The notes under the pieces: generated by a model
The model's input: the letters and a program-made list of their open reading frames with translations, nothing else
What the model was told of the DNA's origin: nothing
The model's database searches: none
Origin: Macrostomum lignano
Lineage: Eukaryota
Direction: 5' to 3'
Assembly: GCA_002269645.1 (NCBI GenBank)
Contig: NIVC01002789.1
Coordinates: 62,001 to 126,000 of the forward strand
Length of the DNA stretch: 64,000 nt
Shown: positions 36,574 through 48,221 of the stretch, piece after piece
Layout: every line of letters starts with the position of its first letter
Position numbering within the stretch: position 1 is the first letter of the stretch
Made by a program: the position numbers and the translations under genes

Positions 36574-39500
36574 TCAGCCGGAGTTGGCCAGCATTTGTCT
36601 CAAGTCGCGAACAGCGGCATGCAGTCGCGGGTCCTCGGACTCCTCGATGGCGGACCCGCCGACGGGCATCGCCGAGTGCGGGCGCGCTGCCCGCTGCTGC
36701 TGCTTCTCTGAGGCGGCCGCCGCCGCCGCGGCCTGCAGGAGGTTCCGCTCGCCCTCCACCAGGCGCAGCCGATCCCGCAGTCGCTCCGTGGCCAGCTGAA
36801 AGTCTTCAACAGCCTGACGGCCTTGAGCCTCGGCGGCCTCGCGTTCCCGCTGCAGCCGGCGCTCCGACTGGGCCAGCGCGGCCGCCAGCTTCGCCTGCTC
36901 GCGCGCCGACGCGTCCAGCGCGTCCGCGTGGCGCCCGGCTTCGAGGCGGCGCGCCTGGCGCTCCGAGTCCAGCGCTGATCGAGTTTCGGACAGGGCGGCG
37001 CGAAGCTCGGACACCGAGGAGAGTTCGGACAGCTGCGAGCGGGTGAGATTGATGGACTGGGGTGAGATTGGTGGACTGGGGTGAAATTGACGATCTGGGG
37101 TGAGATTGATGGACTGGGGTGAGATTGGTGGACTGGGGTGAAATTGACGATCTGGGGTGAGATTGATGGACTGGGGGAGATCGATGGACTTGGGTGAGAT
37201 GGATGGACTGGGGTGAGATTAATGGAGTGGGGGAAATTGATGAAGTGGGATGAGATTGATGGACTGGGATGAGATTGATGGAGTGGGATGAGATTGATGG
37301 AGTGGGGGTGAGATCGATGGACTGGGGGAGATTGATGGACTGGAGTGAGATTGATAAACTAGGGTGAGATTGATGGACTGGGATGAGATTGATGGACTGG
37401 GATGAGATTGATGGAGTGGGATGAGATTGATGGACTGGGATGAGATTGAAAGAGTGGGATGAGATTGATGGACTGGGATGAGATTGATGGAGTGGGATGA
37501 GATTGATGGAGTGGGGGTGAGATCGATGGACTGGAGTGAGATTGATGGACTGGAGTGAGATTGATAAACTAGGGTGAGATTGATGGACTGGGATGAGATT
37601 GATGGACTGGGATGAGATTGATGGAGTGGGATGAGATTGATGGACTGGGATGAGATTGAAAGAGTGGGATGAGATTGATGGAGTGGGGTGAGATTGACAA
37701 TTCAGGAGTGAGATTAACCAAGTGGGTAAGATTGAGACTATTAAATCAGACAGTAAAACATGCCGCCTCTGCACCTTCTCGGACGCAGCCAGCTGGTCGG
37801 TGGTGTCGGCCAGGCGGCCGAGGCGCCCCTCCATGTCGGTCAGGCGCTCCATCCACAGCCCGGCCGCAGATTCGAAGGCTGCCCTGGCCGATTCAACAGC
37901 CTCGGCCGCTTCGCTCGCCTCTCGCGCCCGACGCTCTGCCAGACGCCGGGCGTCCGACTGAAGCCGCTCCGCCAGCCGGTCCGCAGCGGCCAGCTTGCGC
38001 TCGGCGGCCGCAGCGCGCGCCTCCGCCTCGTCTAGGCGGCGGCGAAGATCGGAAACTGCGGCCTCGGCTTCGGCCTCCTACAGGGGTGGGGATTGGGACT
38101 CTCAGTGACCTTTGAGTGTGCCTGAGTGTCCATGTCTGCCTGCCTGTCTGTCTGCCTGTCTACCCCACCTACCGTCTGTTTCAGCTGCCTGTCTGCCCCA
38201 CCTAACATCTGTCTCAGCTGCCTGTCTGCCCCACCTACCATCTGTCTCAGCTGCCTGTCTGCCCCACCTACCATCTGTCTCAGCTGTCTGTCTGCCCCAC
38301 CTACCGTCTGTCTCAGCTGCCTGTCTGCTCCACCTACCGTCTGTCTCAGCTGCCTGTCTGCCCCACCTACCGTCTGTCTCAGCTGTCTGTTTGCCCTACC
38401 TACCGTCTGTCTCAGCTGCCTGTCTGCTCCACCTACCGTCTGTCTGCTCCACCTAACGTCTGTCTCAGCTGTTTGTCTGCCCACCTACCATCTGTCTCAG
38501 CTGCCTGTCTGCTCCACCTACCGTCTGTCTCAGCTGTCTGTCTGCCCTACCTACCGTCTGTCTCAGCTGCCTGTCTGCCCTACCTACCGTCTGTCTAAGC
38601 TGCCTGTCTGCCCCACTTACCATCTGTCTCAGCTGTCTGTCTGCTCCACCTACCGTCTGTCTCAGCTGTTTGTCTGCCCACCTACCATCTGTCTCAGCTG
38701 CCTGTCTGCTCCTCCTACCGTCTGTCTCAGCTGTCTGTCTGCTCCACCTACCGTCTGTCTCAGCTGTCTGTCTGCCCTACCTACCGTCTGTCTCAGCTGC
38801 CTGTCTGCCCTACCTACCGTCTGTCTCAGCTGCCTGTCTGCCCTACCTACCGTCTGTCTAAGCTGCCTGTCTGCCCCACTTACCGTCTGTCTCAGCTGTC
38901 TGTCGTGCGCCCAGCGCTCAGCCTCGGCCTGCACCAGCGCCTTGTACAGCCGGGGCCTCCAGGCCGCAGCCTCGCCGCCAGCGCTGGGCTCGGCAAGCAG
39001 CTCGGACTGCAGGGCCAGCCGGCGTTCCCGAAGCTCAGCGTCGGCTCGAAGGCGTTCGTTTTCAGCCTCAAGCTGGGCGGCTCTGGTGGCCAGGGCGTCG
39101 CGACTGTCATCCCAGTCCTGCATTGTAAAGCAGTCTAGGTTGTGAGAAACAACTCGAGAATCGAATAGATCTACATGTGTCTATAGATGCCTGTCATTGA
39201 TCTACATCTCTGTGTCTGTAGATGCCTGTCATTGATCTACATCTCTGTGTCTGTAGATATACATGTGTCTATAGATGCCTGTCATTGATCTACATCTCTG
39301 TGTCTGTAGATATACATGTGTCTATAGATGCCTGTCATTGATCTACATCTCTGTGTCTGTAGATGCCTGTCATTGATCTACATCTCTGTGTCTGTAGATA
39401 TACATGTGTCTATAGATGCCTGTCATTGATCTACATCTCTGTGTCTGTAGATATACATGTGTCTATAGATGCCTGTCATTGATCTACATCTCTGTGTCTG

Positions 39501-40800
39501 TAGATGCCTGTCATTGATCTACATCTCTGTGTCTGTAGATATACATGTGTCTATAGATGCCTGTCATTGATCTACATCTCTGTGTCTGTAGATATACATG
39601 TGTCTATAGATGCCTGTCATTGATCTACATCTCTGTGTCTGTAGATATACATGTGTCTATAGATGCCTGTCATTGATCTACATCTCTGTGTCTGTAGATA
39701 TACATGTGTCTATAGATGCCTGTCATTGATCTACATCTCTGTGTCTGTAGATATACATGTGTCTATAGATGCCTGTCATTGATATACATCTCTGTGTCTG
39801 TAGATATACATGTGTCTATAGATGCCTGTCATTGATATACATCTCTGTGTCTGTAGATCTACATGTGTCTATAGATGCCTGTCATAGATCTACATCTGTG
39901 TCTGTAGATGTACATGTATCTATAGATACCTGTAATTGATCTACAAGCGTCAATAAAGACGTGGTATAGATCTACATGTGTCCATAGATGCCTGCTGTAC
40001 ATCCACATGTGTCTATAGATTCCTACTGTAGATCAAAATCTGTCTCTGTAGACGTCGGCTATAGACGTACAAGTGTTCATAAATGCTTGCCATTGATCTA
40101 CAAGCGTCTATAGAAAAGTGTTATAGATCTCTACAAGTGTCTATAGATGCCTGCTGTAGATCTACACGTGTCTATAGATACCTAGAGATATCTGGAGATC
40201 CACGAGTCTATAGAGACCTGTGTAACCACGATGCCCTATAGATTTAAGCTTCTGTTTACACATGTCTATAGAAAAACCCGCTGCAGATCTACAGGCGCCT
40301 ATAGATTCCTGATTTTCTACCGCTCAAAACATGTGCCTACAGATGTCTGCTCAATATCTACAGACACTAATACTCAAAAGATTTGTCTGTACAGCAACAG
40401 GCGCTCGGCTCACCCGCGGCGTTGGCTCAGCCAGCTCCATCCGCTGCTGCCTCTCCTGATCCAGCAGGCTCTGCGTCTCCAGCTGCTGCCGCCGCAGCCG
40501 CTCCAACTCTCGACGCTGCCGGGCGAGGTCGCGCTCCAGCTGCCGGCAGGAGCGGCACGGAGCCGCCGCAGGAGGGGCGTCGGCAGGGACAAACCGAACC
40601 GAGTGCGGCGCCGCAGCGGCAGCCGACGGCAGGAAGGCATCCGGAGGCAGCAGGAGGCTGTCATCCAGCGAGGAGGCAACATCGGTGGTGGCAAAGCTGG
40701 TTGCCATGGGCAACTGCGGTGCGGACTGAGACTCGGGATCGCAATAGTAGTAATTATTATTATTTTGGTTAGTTCGCTGTCTGTCTAAGAAAGCGGCCAT
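36574..40800 (-). CDS. CCHCR1: CCHCR1-like coiled-coil alpha-helical rod protein; exons 40800-~40390 (donor uncertain), 39117-38884, 38077-37775, 37032-36574
   Basis: Exons 2-4 join in phase 0 through GT-AG introns. Recognised from memory as similar to CCHCR1: LALQSELL..WRPRLYKALVQAEAE (cf. LALQEEEL..WREKVFALMVQLKAQ) and AREQAKLAAALAQSERRLQRERE..RLRDRLRLVEGERNLL (cf. RREHAKAVVSLRQIQRRAAQEKE..RLARRLQELERDKNLM). No search was run. Confidence 0.68.
37040..37700. repeat. 17-18-bp minisatellite, CCHCR1 intron 3
   Basis: Unit gggtgagattgatggact and variants; abuts the 3' splice site. Confidence 0.92.
38130..38900. repeat. 33-bp minisatellite (~23 copies), CCHCR1 intron 2; the unit contains the exon end and the 5' splice site
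   Basis: Minus-strand unit gcagacaggcagctgagacagacg|gtaggtggg. Confidence 0.93.
39160..40300. repeat. 53/35-bp minisatellite, degenerating toward 40300, CCHCR1 intron 1
   Basis: Unit tagatgcctgtcattgatctacatctctgtgtctgtagatatacatgtgtcta. Confidence 0.92.
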
Positions 40801-40821
40801 TGTGGGGATGCTCTGGTCTCT

Positions 40822-40915
40822 CTGAAAGCGAGTTCAATATTTCATCTATTAATTCTTAAAACGAAAAAAATCGGTACAAATGAAAAAATGTAAAAAAAAG
40901 AGTATAACAATGAAA
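40822..40915 (-). promoter_or_regulatory. Candidate 3' splice / trans-splice acceptor with a long U-rich tract, 21 nt before the CCHCR1 ATG
   Basis: Minus strand reads tcttttttttacattttttcatttgtaccgatttttttcgtttt...ctcgctttcag|agagaccagagcatccccacaATG. No upstream donor identified. Confidence 0.55.
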
Positions 40916-41164
40916 ACTATCCTGGCGCAAAAATCGACTTTCATATGATTATTCCTTCGTTATTAATTACATTTTAAAACGCTTGGATTGGAAAAATGCA
41001 TCATTATAGATCTAGTATAAAACCAGGAAGATACCGTAGAAGTGAGAGGGGAGGCTTCAATAGAAGAGAGGGCAGGGAGTGAAGTATAGAGCAGAGGTGA
41101 GAAAGCCCAGTCAGAATTTAGACAGGTTAAAAACCACAAGTCCTCAGACAGGACACAGTCAGAC

Positions 41165-41185
41165 GACAGACAAAGACAGACAGAC

Positions 41186-41224
<39 letters not shown>

Positions 41225-41255
41225 TATAGATGGACAGACAAACAGACAGACAAGC

Positions 41256-41296
<41 letters not shown>

Positions 41297-41327
41297 TATA
41301 GATGGACAGACAAACAGACAGACAAGC

Positions 41328-41367
<40 letters not shown>

Positions 41368-41495
41368 GACAGGCAGACAGACAGACAGACAGGCAGACAG
41401 ACAGACAGACAGACAGACAGACAGGCAGGCAGACAGACAGACATACAGACAGGCAGGCAGGCAGGCAGACAGGCAGACAGGCAGACAGACAGGCA
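41165..41495. repeat. (GACA)n microsatellite between MRM1 and CCHCR1
   Basis: Direct read. Confidence 0.95.
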
Positions 41496-41523
41496 AAGCG
41501 CAAAACTCCGCAGTCCGGAGGCC

Positions 41524-43343
41524 TCAGGCCGCAGCAGACCGCAGCCAGCCCGAGACGCAGTGCAGCAGGATGCCGGCCGCCACTCCCACATTTAGATGCG
41601 GCATGGCGCAGGCGGCGCCAGCTTGTGGAATTCGCAGCACCAGGTTGCAGAGGCTCAGAAGCTCAGCTGACAGGCCGGAGCCCTCGCTGCCAAGCAGCAG
41701 AAGCACCGGACCGCTGGGCGGATGCGGCAGCAGCTCCGACAGCCGATCGACGCCGGCGCAAGGCACTCCAGGGGCGCCGTCATCGCCTCCCGAGCTGCCT
41801 AGCGCCAGCCAGCCAGCCTGGCGCCATTGGCGCACAAACTCAGCGCTGCTGGTGGGCAGGGCGCGCAAGTCCGTGGCCTCCAGAGCGCCGCAGCTCACCT
41901 TGGAGACCACTGGCAGAGGGGGGCAGCTGTGGGTGCCCGGTATGAGCACCGGGCTGATACCGTAGAACAGGCAGGTGCGGAGCAGACTGCCGAAGTTAAG
42001 GATGTCCACCACCTGCGGGTGCGTGCTGATTCATGTGATCTTGCCCATTCTTCAATGCATCTCTTGCCGATTCTCTCCTATGCATCTCTTGCCGATTCTC
42101 TCCAATGCATCTCTTGCCCATTCTCTCCAATGCATCTCTTGCCGATTCTCTCCAATGCATCTCTTGCCCATTCTCTCCAATGCATCTCTTGCCGATTCTC
42201 TCCAATGCATCTCTTGCCGATTCTCTCCAATGCATCTCTTGCCGATTCTCTCCAATGCATCTCTTGCCGATTCTCTCCAATGCATCTCTTGCCGATTCTC
42301 TCCAATGCATCTCTTGCCGATTCTCTCCAATGCATCTCTTGCCCATTCTCTCCAATGCATCTCTTGCCGATTCTCTCCAATGCATCTCTTGCCGATTCTC
42401 TCCAATGCATCTCTTGCCGATTCTCTCCAATGCATCTCTTGCCGATTCTCTCCAATGCATCTCTTGCCGATTCTCTCCAATGCATCTCTTGCCGATTCTC
42501 TCCAATGCATCTCTTGCCGATTCTCTCCAATGCATCTCTTGCCGATTCTCTCCAATGCATCTCTTGCCGATTCTCTCCAATGCATCTCTTGCCGATTCTC
42601 TCCAATGCATCTCTTGCCGATTCTCCCCTGCATCTCTTGCCGATTCTCTCCAATGCATCTCTTGCCGATTCTCCCCTGCATCTCTCACCCATTATACCCT
42701 GCATCTCTCACCCATTATACCCTGCATCTCTTGCCCATTCTACCCTGCATCTCTTCCCCATTATACCCTGCATCTCTCCCCCATTATACCCTGCATCTCT
42801 TCCCCATTCTCCCCTTCATCTCTTCCCCATTCTCCCCTTCATCTCTTCCCCATTCTCCCCTGCATCTCTTCCCCATTCTCCCCTGCATCTCTCCCCCACC
42901 TGGTCCAGCAGCACACACAGCCGACTCGCCGCCAGCTCAGAGCGGCAGTCGGAGGCACAGCCGGGCAGCACAGGCACAGGGAAGTGTCCGCACCGCAGCG
43001 CGAATCCCTGATGCGCCCGACCCCGGCACAGAGCGGCCAGTTCGCGCCTGTCAGCGTACCTGACCAGGTGAGCATAGCTGGCAGCGATGAGCTGGCGCAG
43101 CTCGGCCGAGCTGGAGCTGTCGCAGCCGAAGTCTTCAATGACGTCGCTTTGCCCTTGGTGCCGAATGTCAACGTAGATTTCGTCAATTCGACGACGGCGA
43201 GACAACAGCGCCTGCCAGACCGGGTGAATGCCGTACACCAGCTCGGAGCCGCCGCCGCCGCTGTTGCTGAACAACCTGTGGCACAGCAGCAGCGACAGTC
43301 GGGCAGCTGACGGTCGCAGTAGGAGCTGGAGAAAAAGGGCTGT
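41524..43343 (-). CDS. MRM1: Mitochondrial rRNA 2'-O-methyltransferase 1 (SpoU/TrmH SPOUT family); exons 43343 (or 43325)-42900 and 42012-41524; start codon unresolved
   Basis: Substrate-binding segment ELVYGIHPVWQALLSRRRRIDEIYV and LAALCRGRAHQG. SPOUT motifs LDQ|VVDILNFGSLLRT, SCPPLPVVSKVSCGALE, LLLLGSEGSGLS and LNVGVAAGILLH. Phase-0 intron 42899-42013 (cag|gtg...cag|gtg). N-terminal LLLRPSAARLSLLLCHRLFS resembles a mitochondrial presequence. Confidence 0.87.
42045..42895. repeat. 25-bp minisatellite, MRM1 intron
   Basis: Unit ttgccgattctctccaatgcatctc; begins directly at the 5' splice site. Confidence 0.95.
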
Positions 43344-43394
43344 CTGAAGAAGCCGGTCGGTGAAATATTGGAGATTCGAAAGTTGGAATGTGAC

Positions 43395-43870
43395 GGTGGC
43401 CCAGCAACTGGGGATCTGAGAGGCTGGCATAGCAACTGGGGATCTGGGAGACTGGCCCAGCAACTGAGGATCTGGGATGCTGGCCTAGCAACTGGGGATC
43501 TGGAAGGCTGGCCTAGCAACTGGGGATCTGGGAGACTGGCCCAGCAACTGGGGATCTGGAAGGCTGGCCCAGCAACTGGGGATCTGGAAGGCTGGCCCAG
43601 CAATTGGGGATCTGGAAGGCTGGCCCAGCCAGCAACTGGGGATCTGGAAGGCTGGCCCAGCCAGCAACTGGGGATCTGGAAGGCTGGCCCAGCAACTGGG
43701 GATCTGGAAGGCTGGCCCAGCAACTGGGGATCTGGAAGGCTGGCCCAGCAACTGGGGATCTGGAAGGCTGGCCCAGCAACTGACGGTCTGGGAGGGCGAT
43801 GGCCCAGCAACTGAGGATTTGGGAGGCTGGTGGCCCAGCAACTGAGGATCTGGGAGGCTGGCACAGCAAC
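43395..43870. repeat. 28-bp minisatellite between RPL31 and MRM1
   Basis: Unit ggctggcccagcaactggggatctggaa, the reverse complement of the 10444-12177 family. Confidence 0.93.
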
Positions 43871-44075
43871 TACCTTTCTAGAACTAATCACAAGCCACAA
43901 GCACAGGTAGAGATGCTCTCTAAATAATATGAAAGTAAAGAACAAGCGCAGAGACAGTGCAATCCAGCTAAGAACACGCTCAACAGCGTCAGCCCCTGTA
44001 TTTCATGCTCAATCAAGAACCTGCCCTCGCAATCTATCAGCAAGTCAGTCCCATCTAGTCAAGTTTAACCTCGCA

Positions 44076-44438
44076 CTACTCGGCCTCAACATTGATGGTC
44101 TGCTTGCCCTTGAACTCGGCGCAGGGCACGTAGGAGACCAGGGTGTACAGCTTGTGCGCGCTGTCCTCGTCCTCGTTGCGCTTCCTGGCCAAGCGGACGC
44201 GGACGCGGAACGGCACATTGCGGACGCCTTGGCTCCACACGAACTTGTTCAGCCGGGTGTCCAGCCGCACGTCCGGGGTGCCCATCATTCTCTCCGCGAA
44301 TTTGCGAATCTCCGTCATTGCACGCGGTGCCCGGCGCTTGAAACCGATGCCGTGAATGCGCTTGTGCAGGTTGATGGTGTACTCCCGGGTCACCACGTCT
44401 TTTAGGGCGCTCTTTTTCTTCTCACGTCGGGGAGCCAT
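44076..44438 (-). CDS. RPL31: 60S ribosomal protein L31 (eL31), 120 aa, intronless CDS
   Basis: [93 protein letters not shown] is an unmistakable eL31. The upstream extension in the ORF track comes from a 30-bp tandem duplication. Confidence 0.98.
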   Translation of the reverse strand: MAPRREKKKSALKDVVTREYTINLHKRIHGIGFKRRAPRAMTEIRKFAERMMGTPDVRLDTRLNKFVWSQGVRNVPFRVRVRLARKRNEDEDSAHKLYTLVSYVPCAEFKGKQTINVEAE

Positions 44439-44639
44439 GGACTGGCGGGCATGCAATTGGGGGATTTTTGTTCTGTAGACTTGACAATAAATAATTTTTG
44501 TTTTGTAGACTTGACAATAAATAATTTTTGTCTGTTTCACATTGCTGCCACTTCAGTTAGGATCTCTAGGCTGAATTCAGACCTTGCAGGATTCAAATTA
44601 TAATTTTCCAAGTGTTACTGTTAGTAGAATATATATGAC

Positions 44640-44650
44640 GAAGAAGAGCG
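44640..44650 (-). promoter_or_regulatory. Possible TOP/TCT-like pyrimidine initiator for RPL31
   Basis: gctcttcttc about 200 nt upstream of the ATG. Ribosomal-protein mRNAs typically start in such tracts, but the match is short and imperfect. Confidence 0.25.
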
Positions 44651-44675
44651 CTGCAAATGTTTTTGGGCTGTGTTC

Positions 44676-44744
<69 letters not shown>

Positions 44745-46931
44745 TTGTGAATGATAAGAATGTCCCTATAAACTGTAATTTTAGTCATTACTCTTTGCAC
44801 ATCTGTTCTATTGAATGGTAAAACATAAAAATTACTAGAATGAGCTAAATTTATGCCATATCCAAACAAAGCCATCTTTGATCCACTGCTATTACTTGTA
44901 ACAAACTTGCTAAGCTCAGCCTAGGTAAATATGAGGAATTGCAATTTGCAAGGCATTGTGTTGGCACCTCTGTTTATGCCTCTAAGGGTATACTAGGGAT
45001 GTCAAAAGCCAGTCATTAGAATGCCTAGTTAAAATAAGGGCATCAGGCATCACATAGGAATGCTTTATGAAATGAGTTCTGCTGATAAGAGAGAAGGGAA
45101 CTATATAAAATGATAGGTATTTATCAAAGCTAAAGTTCTATGACAGGAAAGTACAATCTATAAAGAGATATTGCTAAATGTAATTATCGAGAGTCACTAT
45201 ATAAAGAGTACTATTGTAAAATGAATTAAAGATTGTTATATGAAACTAAAAAGAAGAGTACTATGAAATACAAGGGAACAAAGCAAAAAAAAGATATTTT
45301 TGACATTGTTATTGTTAATTTACTGCTTAAATTATTTTATAATAACTCATTTGCTAAAATTCCATTTAAAAAACCTAAAAAAGCCTTAAAGCATTACTTT
45401 TAAAATCTCCTTGTTATATTATAACCATGGTATAATATTAGACAGTTCTAAAAATGTGACAAATGGTTATTTGCAAATTGCCATATCATTCCAAAAATAT
45501 GTTTTTTTATTTTTGCCAGTGTTGAATAAATTGATTCTAAAATATATTATGAAGCATTATCCAAACCTTACTACTCATATGTATAAGTCCTATATAATAG
45601 TTTATTAAACTATGCATTTTGCATTGCCAATATTATTAAACTTAAAAAAATTTTGAACTAATGTTTAGTTCAACTTTTAATATAAATTATACTAGGAATT
45701 CAAAATACAAGATAATATAGGCCAACTCATGAGTAATAGTTAATACTACTGCATTTTGCCCTTATAGGTGTAATGAAATTCATAATTCTAACATTAAAAG
45801 CATGAAAATTGTTTTTTTCATATTTGACATACTTCCAAATTGATTTTTTATTGTTTAATATTTACTTAGCAATATTGAAAATTTGCCACTCTATGCACCA
45901 TGTGAGCAATTTCTCTTGGACTATTCTGAAAAAAAAAGATACAAGAAAACTGATTGATAGCTTTAATCCATCCAACAAAACCCTTGCACACTACTCCCTT
46001 TACTTTATTCTTCAATTCAAATCTGCCACAGCATATCAAGTTGCATCACTTGCAAAGATTGAAGAAATTTTTGTCTACATTTTCAAAAGTGACAATCACA
46101 GACAGAATCTTTTGTGATGGCAACTTTTTGATGTTGCTAAGTATATAAGCACACTACAACACTCAGCCGCCAATAGTAGGCATTCAAGTAAAAAATTCAA
46201 GCATCAAAAGCATTAAAAACTTTGTTTTTTCAAATGTTTGACCTCCTAACATTTGGTAGAAATTTTATATACCAATTTGCCAAATGAATTTGAATCAATT
46301 GGGCCTATTAGCTATTGCCCACCATCTGCAACTGTGCTTCCCAGTGTTGTTACTGTTGTATTTATAAAATAAGACAAACAAGATCAGAGCAGCTTAGGGG
46401 GGTTGATAAATTTTAGGCCAGCTTTTTAACCCCCCCCCCCATGTATGTGTCTACTCTTTTATTAAAGATAATAAAATTCAACCAACCTCACAAATTGTGA
46501 GCATACTATGTGAAGGGTCATAAAACTCCTTAGCTTATTGTAATGAATATACATCCTACACTACATTGGCAAAGGAAAGGCCTAAATGGTATAAACTGAG
46601 CAATTAAATTTAGAAACAGAGCACCTATTGAAAGCACTAAAAATGTTTTTTGAATATTTGACCCACTTCCTATTCAAATTTTTCATCAAAAAGTTATGTA
46701 TGATTCCTGAAAAATTAGGCATTTGTAAAGCAAATTTGAAAATCTACTGAAAAAACTGAGTTCTACTCTGGAGCTGTGGGCAACATGGCTATAGCTAGAA
46801 GCAGTAATGTGGCTACATGGCTGCAAGGCAAGGTGGTGATATGGGTGCCATGGTAGGTAAAGGTGGTGATGTAGGTACCATGGCAAAGGTGGCAATGTGG
46901 GTGCCAATGTGGGTAGCGCAGTCAGTATGGT

Positions 46932-47090
46932 ACAAGCTGAACACCTCCACTGGAATACATCAAGTGAAGCAAGTCTGTGGTATTCCACTTGGGGAATGCC
47001 ATTACTGCAACATCTGTGTTGCCAATGAAGGCAATGATCACATTCTAATGCTTGCTATTGTCCTATCACAATTTTTGTACAAACAAGATA
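46932..47090 (-). pseudogene. Degenerate PHD finger, probably a transposon-protein relic
   Basis: YLVCTKIVIGQ*QALECDHCLHWQHRCCSNGIPQVEYHRLASLDVFQWRCSAC has C4HC3 spacing, with the first Cys changed to Tyr (tat) and an in-frame TAG at 47055-47057. Confidence 0.6.
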
Positions 47091-47825
47091 GTTATCTACC
47101 ATGTAGTTCTTGATTAGTATAGTAGGAAACAAATTACTATTTTAAAGAATTCTATATGCAATATGTATATATATATATATATATATATACCAAATCTTCC
47201 TCTACTATGGTATCCTTTCCATGGTACATATATGAGAAGATTCTAGTGCAAAGAAGCATAATGTATATTTCATTGCATAGATTTCTCATTAGGCCAAATT
47301 CCTTTAATAAGCCTATGAGTGAGTCTAAGCCAAAACAGCATGGTTAATTTTGTACATTTTTAGCGCTATGGCATGGCATCCCACCCCACAGAGCCAACAC
47401 ATGTTGCCAAGCAGGCTATAAAAAAGCTTCATTTGATAGTCTTACAATATACTCTATCAATTAGCATTTTTCCCAAAATATGGCAATTATGTCATACAAA
47501 ATCCCTTTACAATTTACTTAAAGGCACATTAGGTTTTATTAAGATTATTGCAGCAATAATCTTAGAATGTAGAGATAATCTTAGAATCTCATTAGTAGAT
47601 GAACTCAGTATTCCAAGAAGCAAAGATTAATTTCTCTGCCAGAGAAAATCTTGTGCCAATAAGCATTTCATGGTCTTGTTTTGTTAAAAATGCTTTGTTA
47701 AGTTCCACAGGCTTTGCCAAAGTAGTCATTTCATTTGTCAAAATGGATTCTCCAAAATTGTCTTTTGCCAAAGTGGCCTTTGTCCAAGTGGTCTTTTACC
47801 AAAATGGTCAATACCTAGCTAAATC

Positions 47826-48221
47826 TAGAGGTCAGATGGGATCCCAATCCTGATCCCAAAATCTCGGGATCCCAAAGAAAATTGAATTCCCATGGGACCA
47901 GAATCCCGACCCTAAAAACTTGAGATTTAGGAATAGGTCTTTTGATAAAAAAATTATAGAATTAGTGATTACTTGAAGGTATTTTGCTTTAACTAGTACT
48001 CGTTACACTATTTACTTTGTTGGTTACAAAACTTCATATCAATTTTGTTGTGTTTTACTTCTTGATCTTGACAATCTTTTCTCAATTTTGTTTAACGGTC
48101 TTTATATGGACAATGCACTAAAAGACCTGATCCCAATTCTTGAATCCCGATCCTGATCCTGAGAAAAAAATCATTCCTGATCCCAATCCCGCCCAAAGAT
48201 TTTAATCCTGTCTGACCTCTA
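47826..48221. mobile_element. hAT-type MITE, 396 bp
   Basis: TIR tagaggtcagatgggat vs tagaggtcagacaggat (15/17 match). Exact 8-bp TSD gctaaatc (47818-47825 and 48222-48229). TAG terminus and subterminal gatccc repeats. Confidence 0.88.

Noticed and set aside
41827-43945. Long repeat ORFs (MHLLPILSNASLADS, ENRQEMHWRESARDA, WASLPDPQLLGQP)
   Set aside because: Translations of the 25-bp and 28-bp arrays in and beside MRM1.
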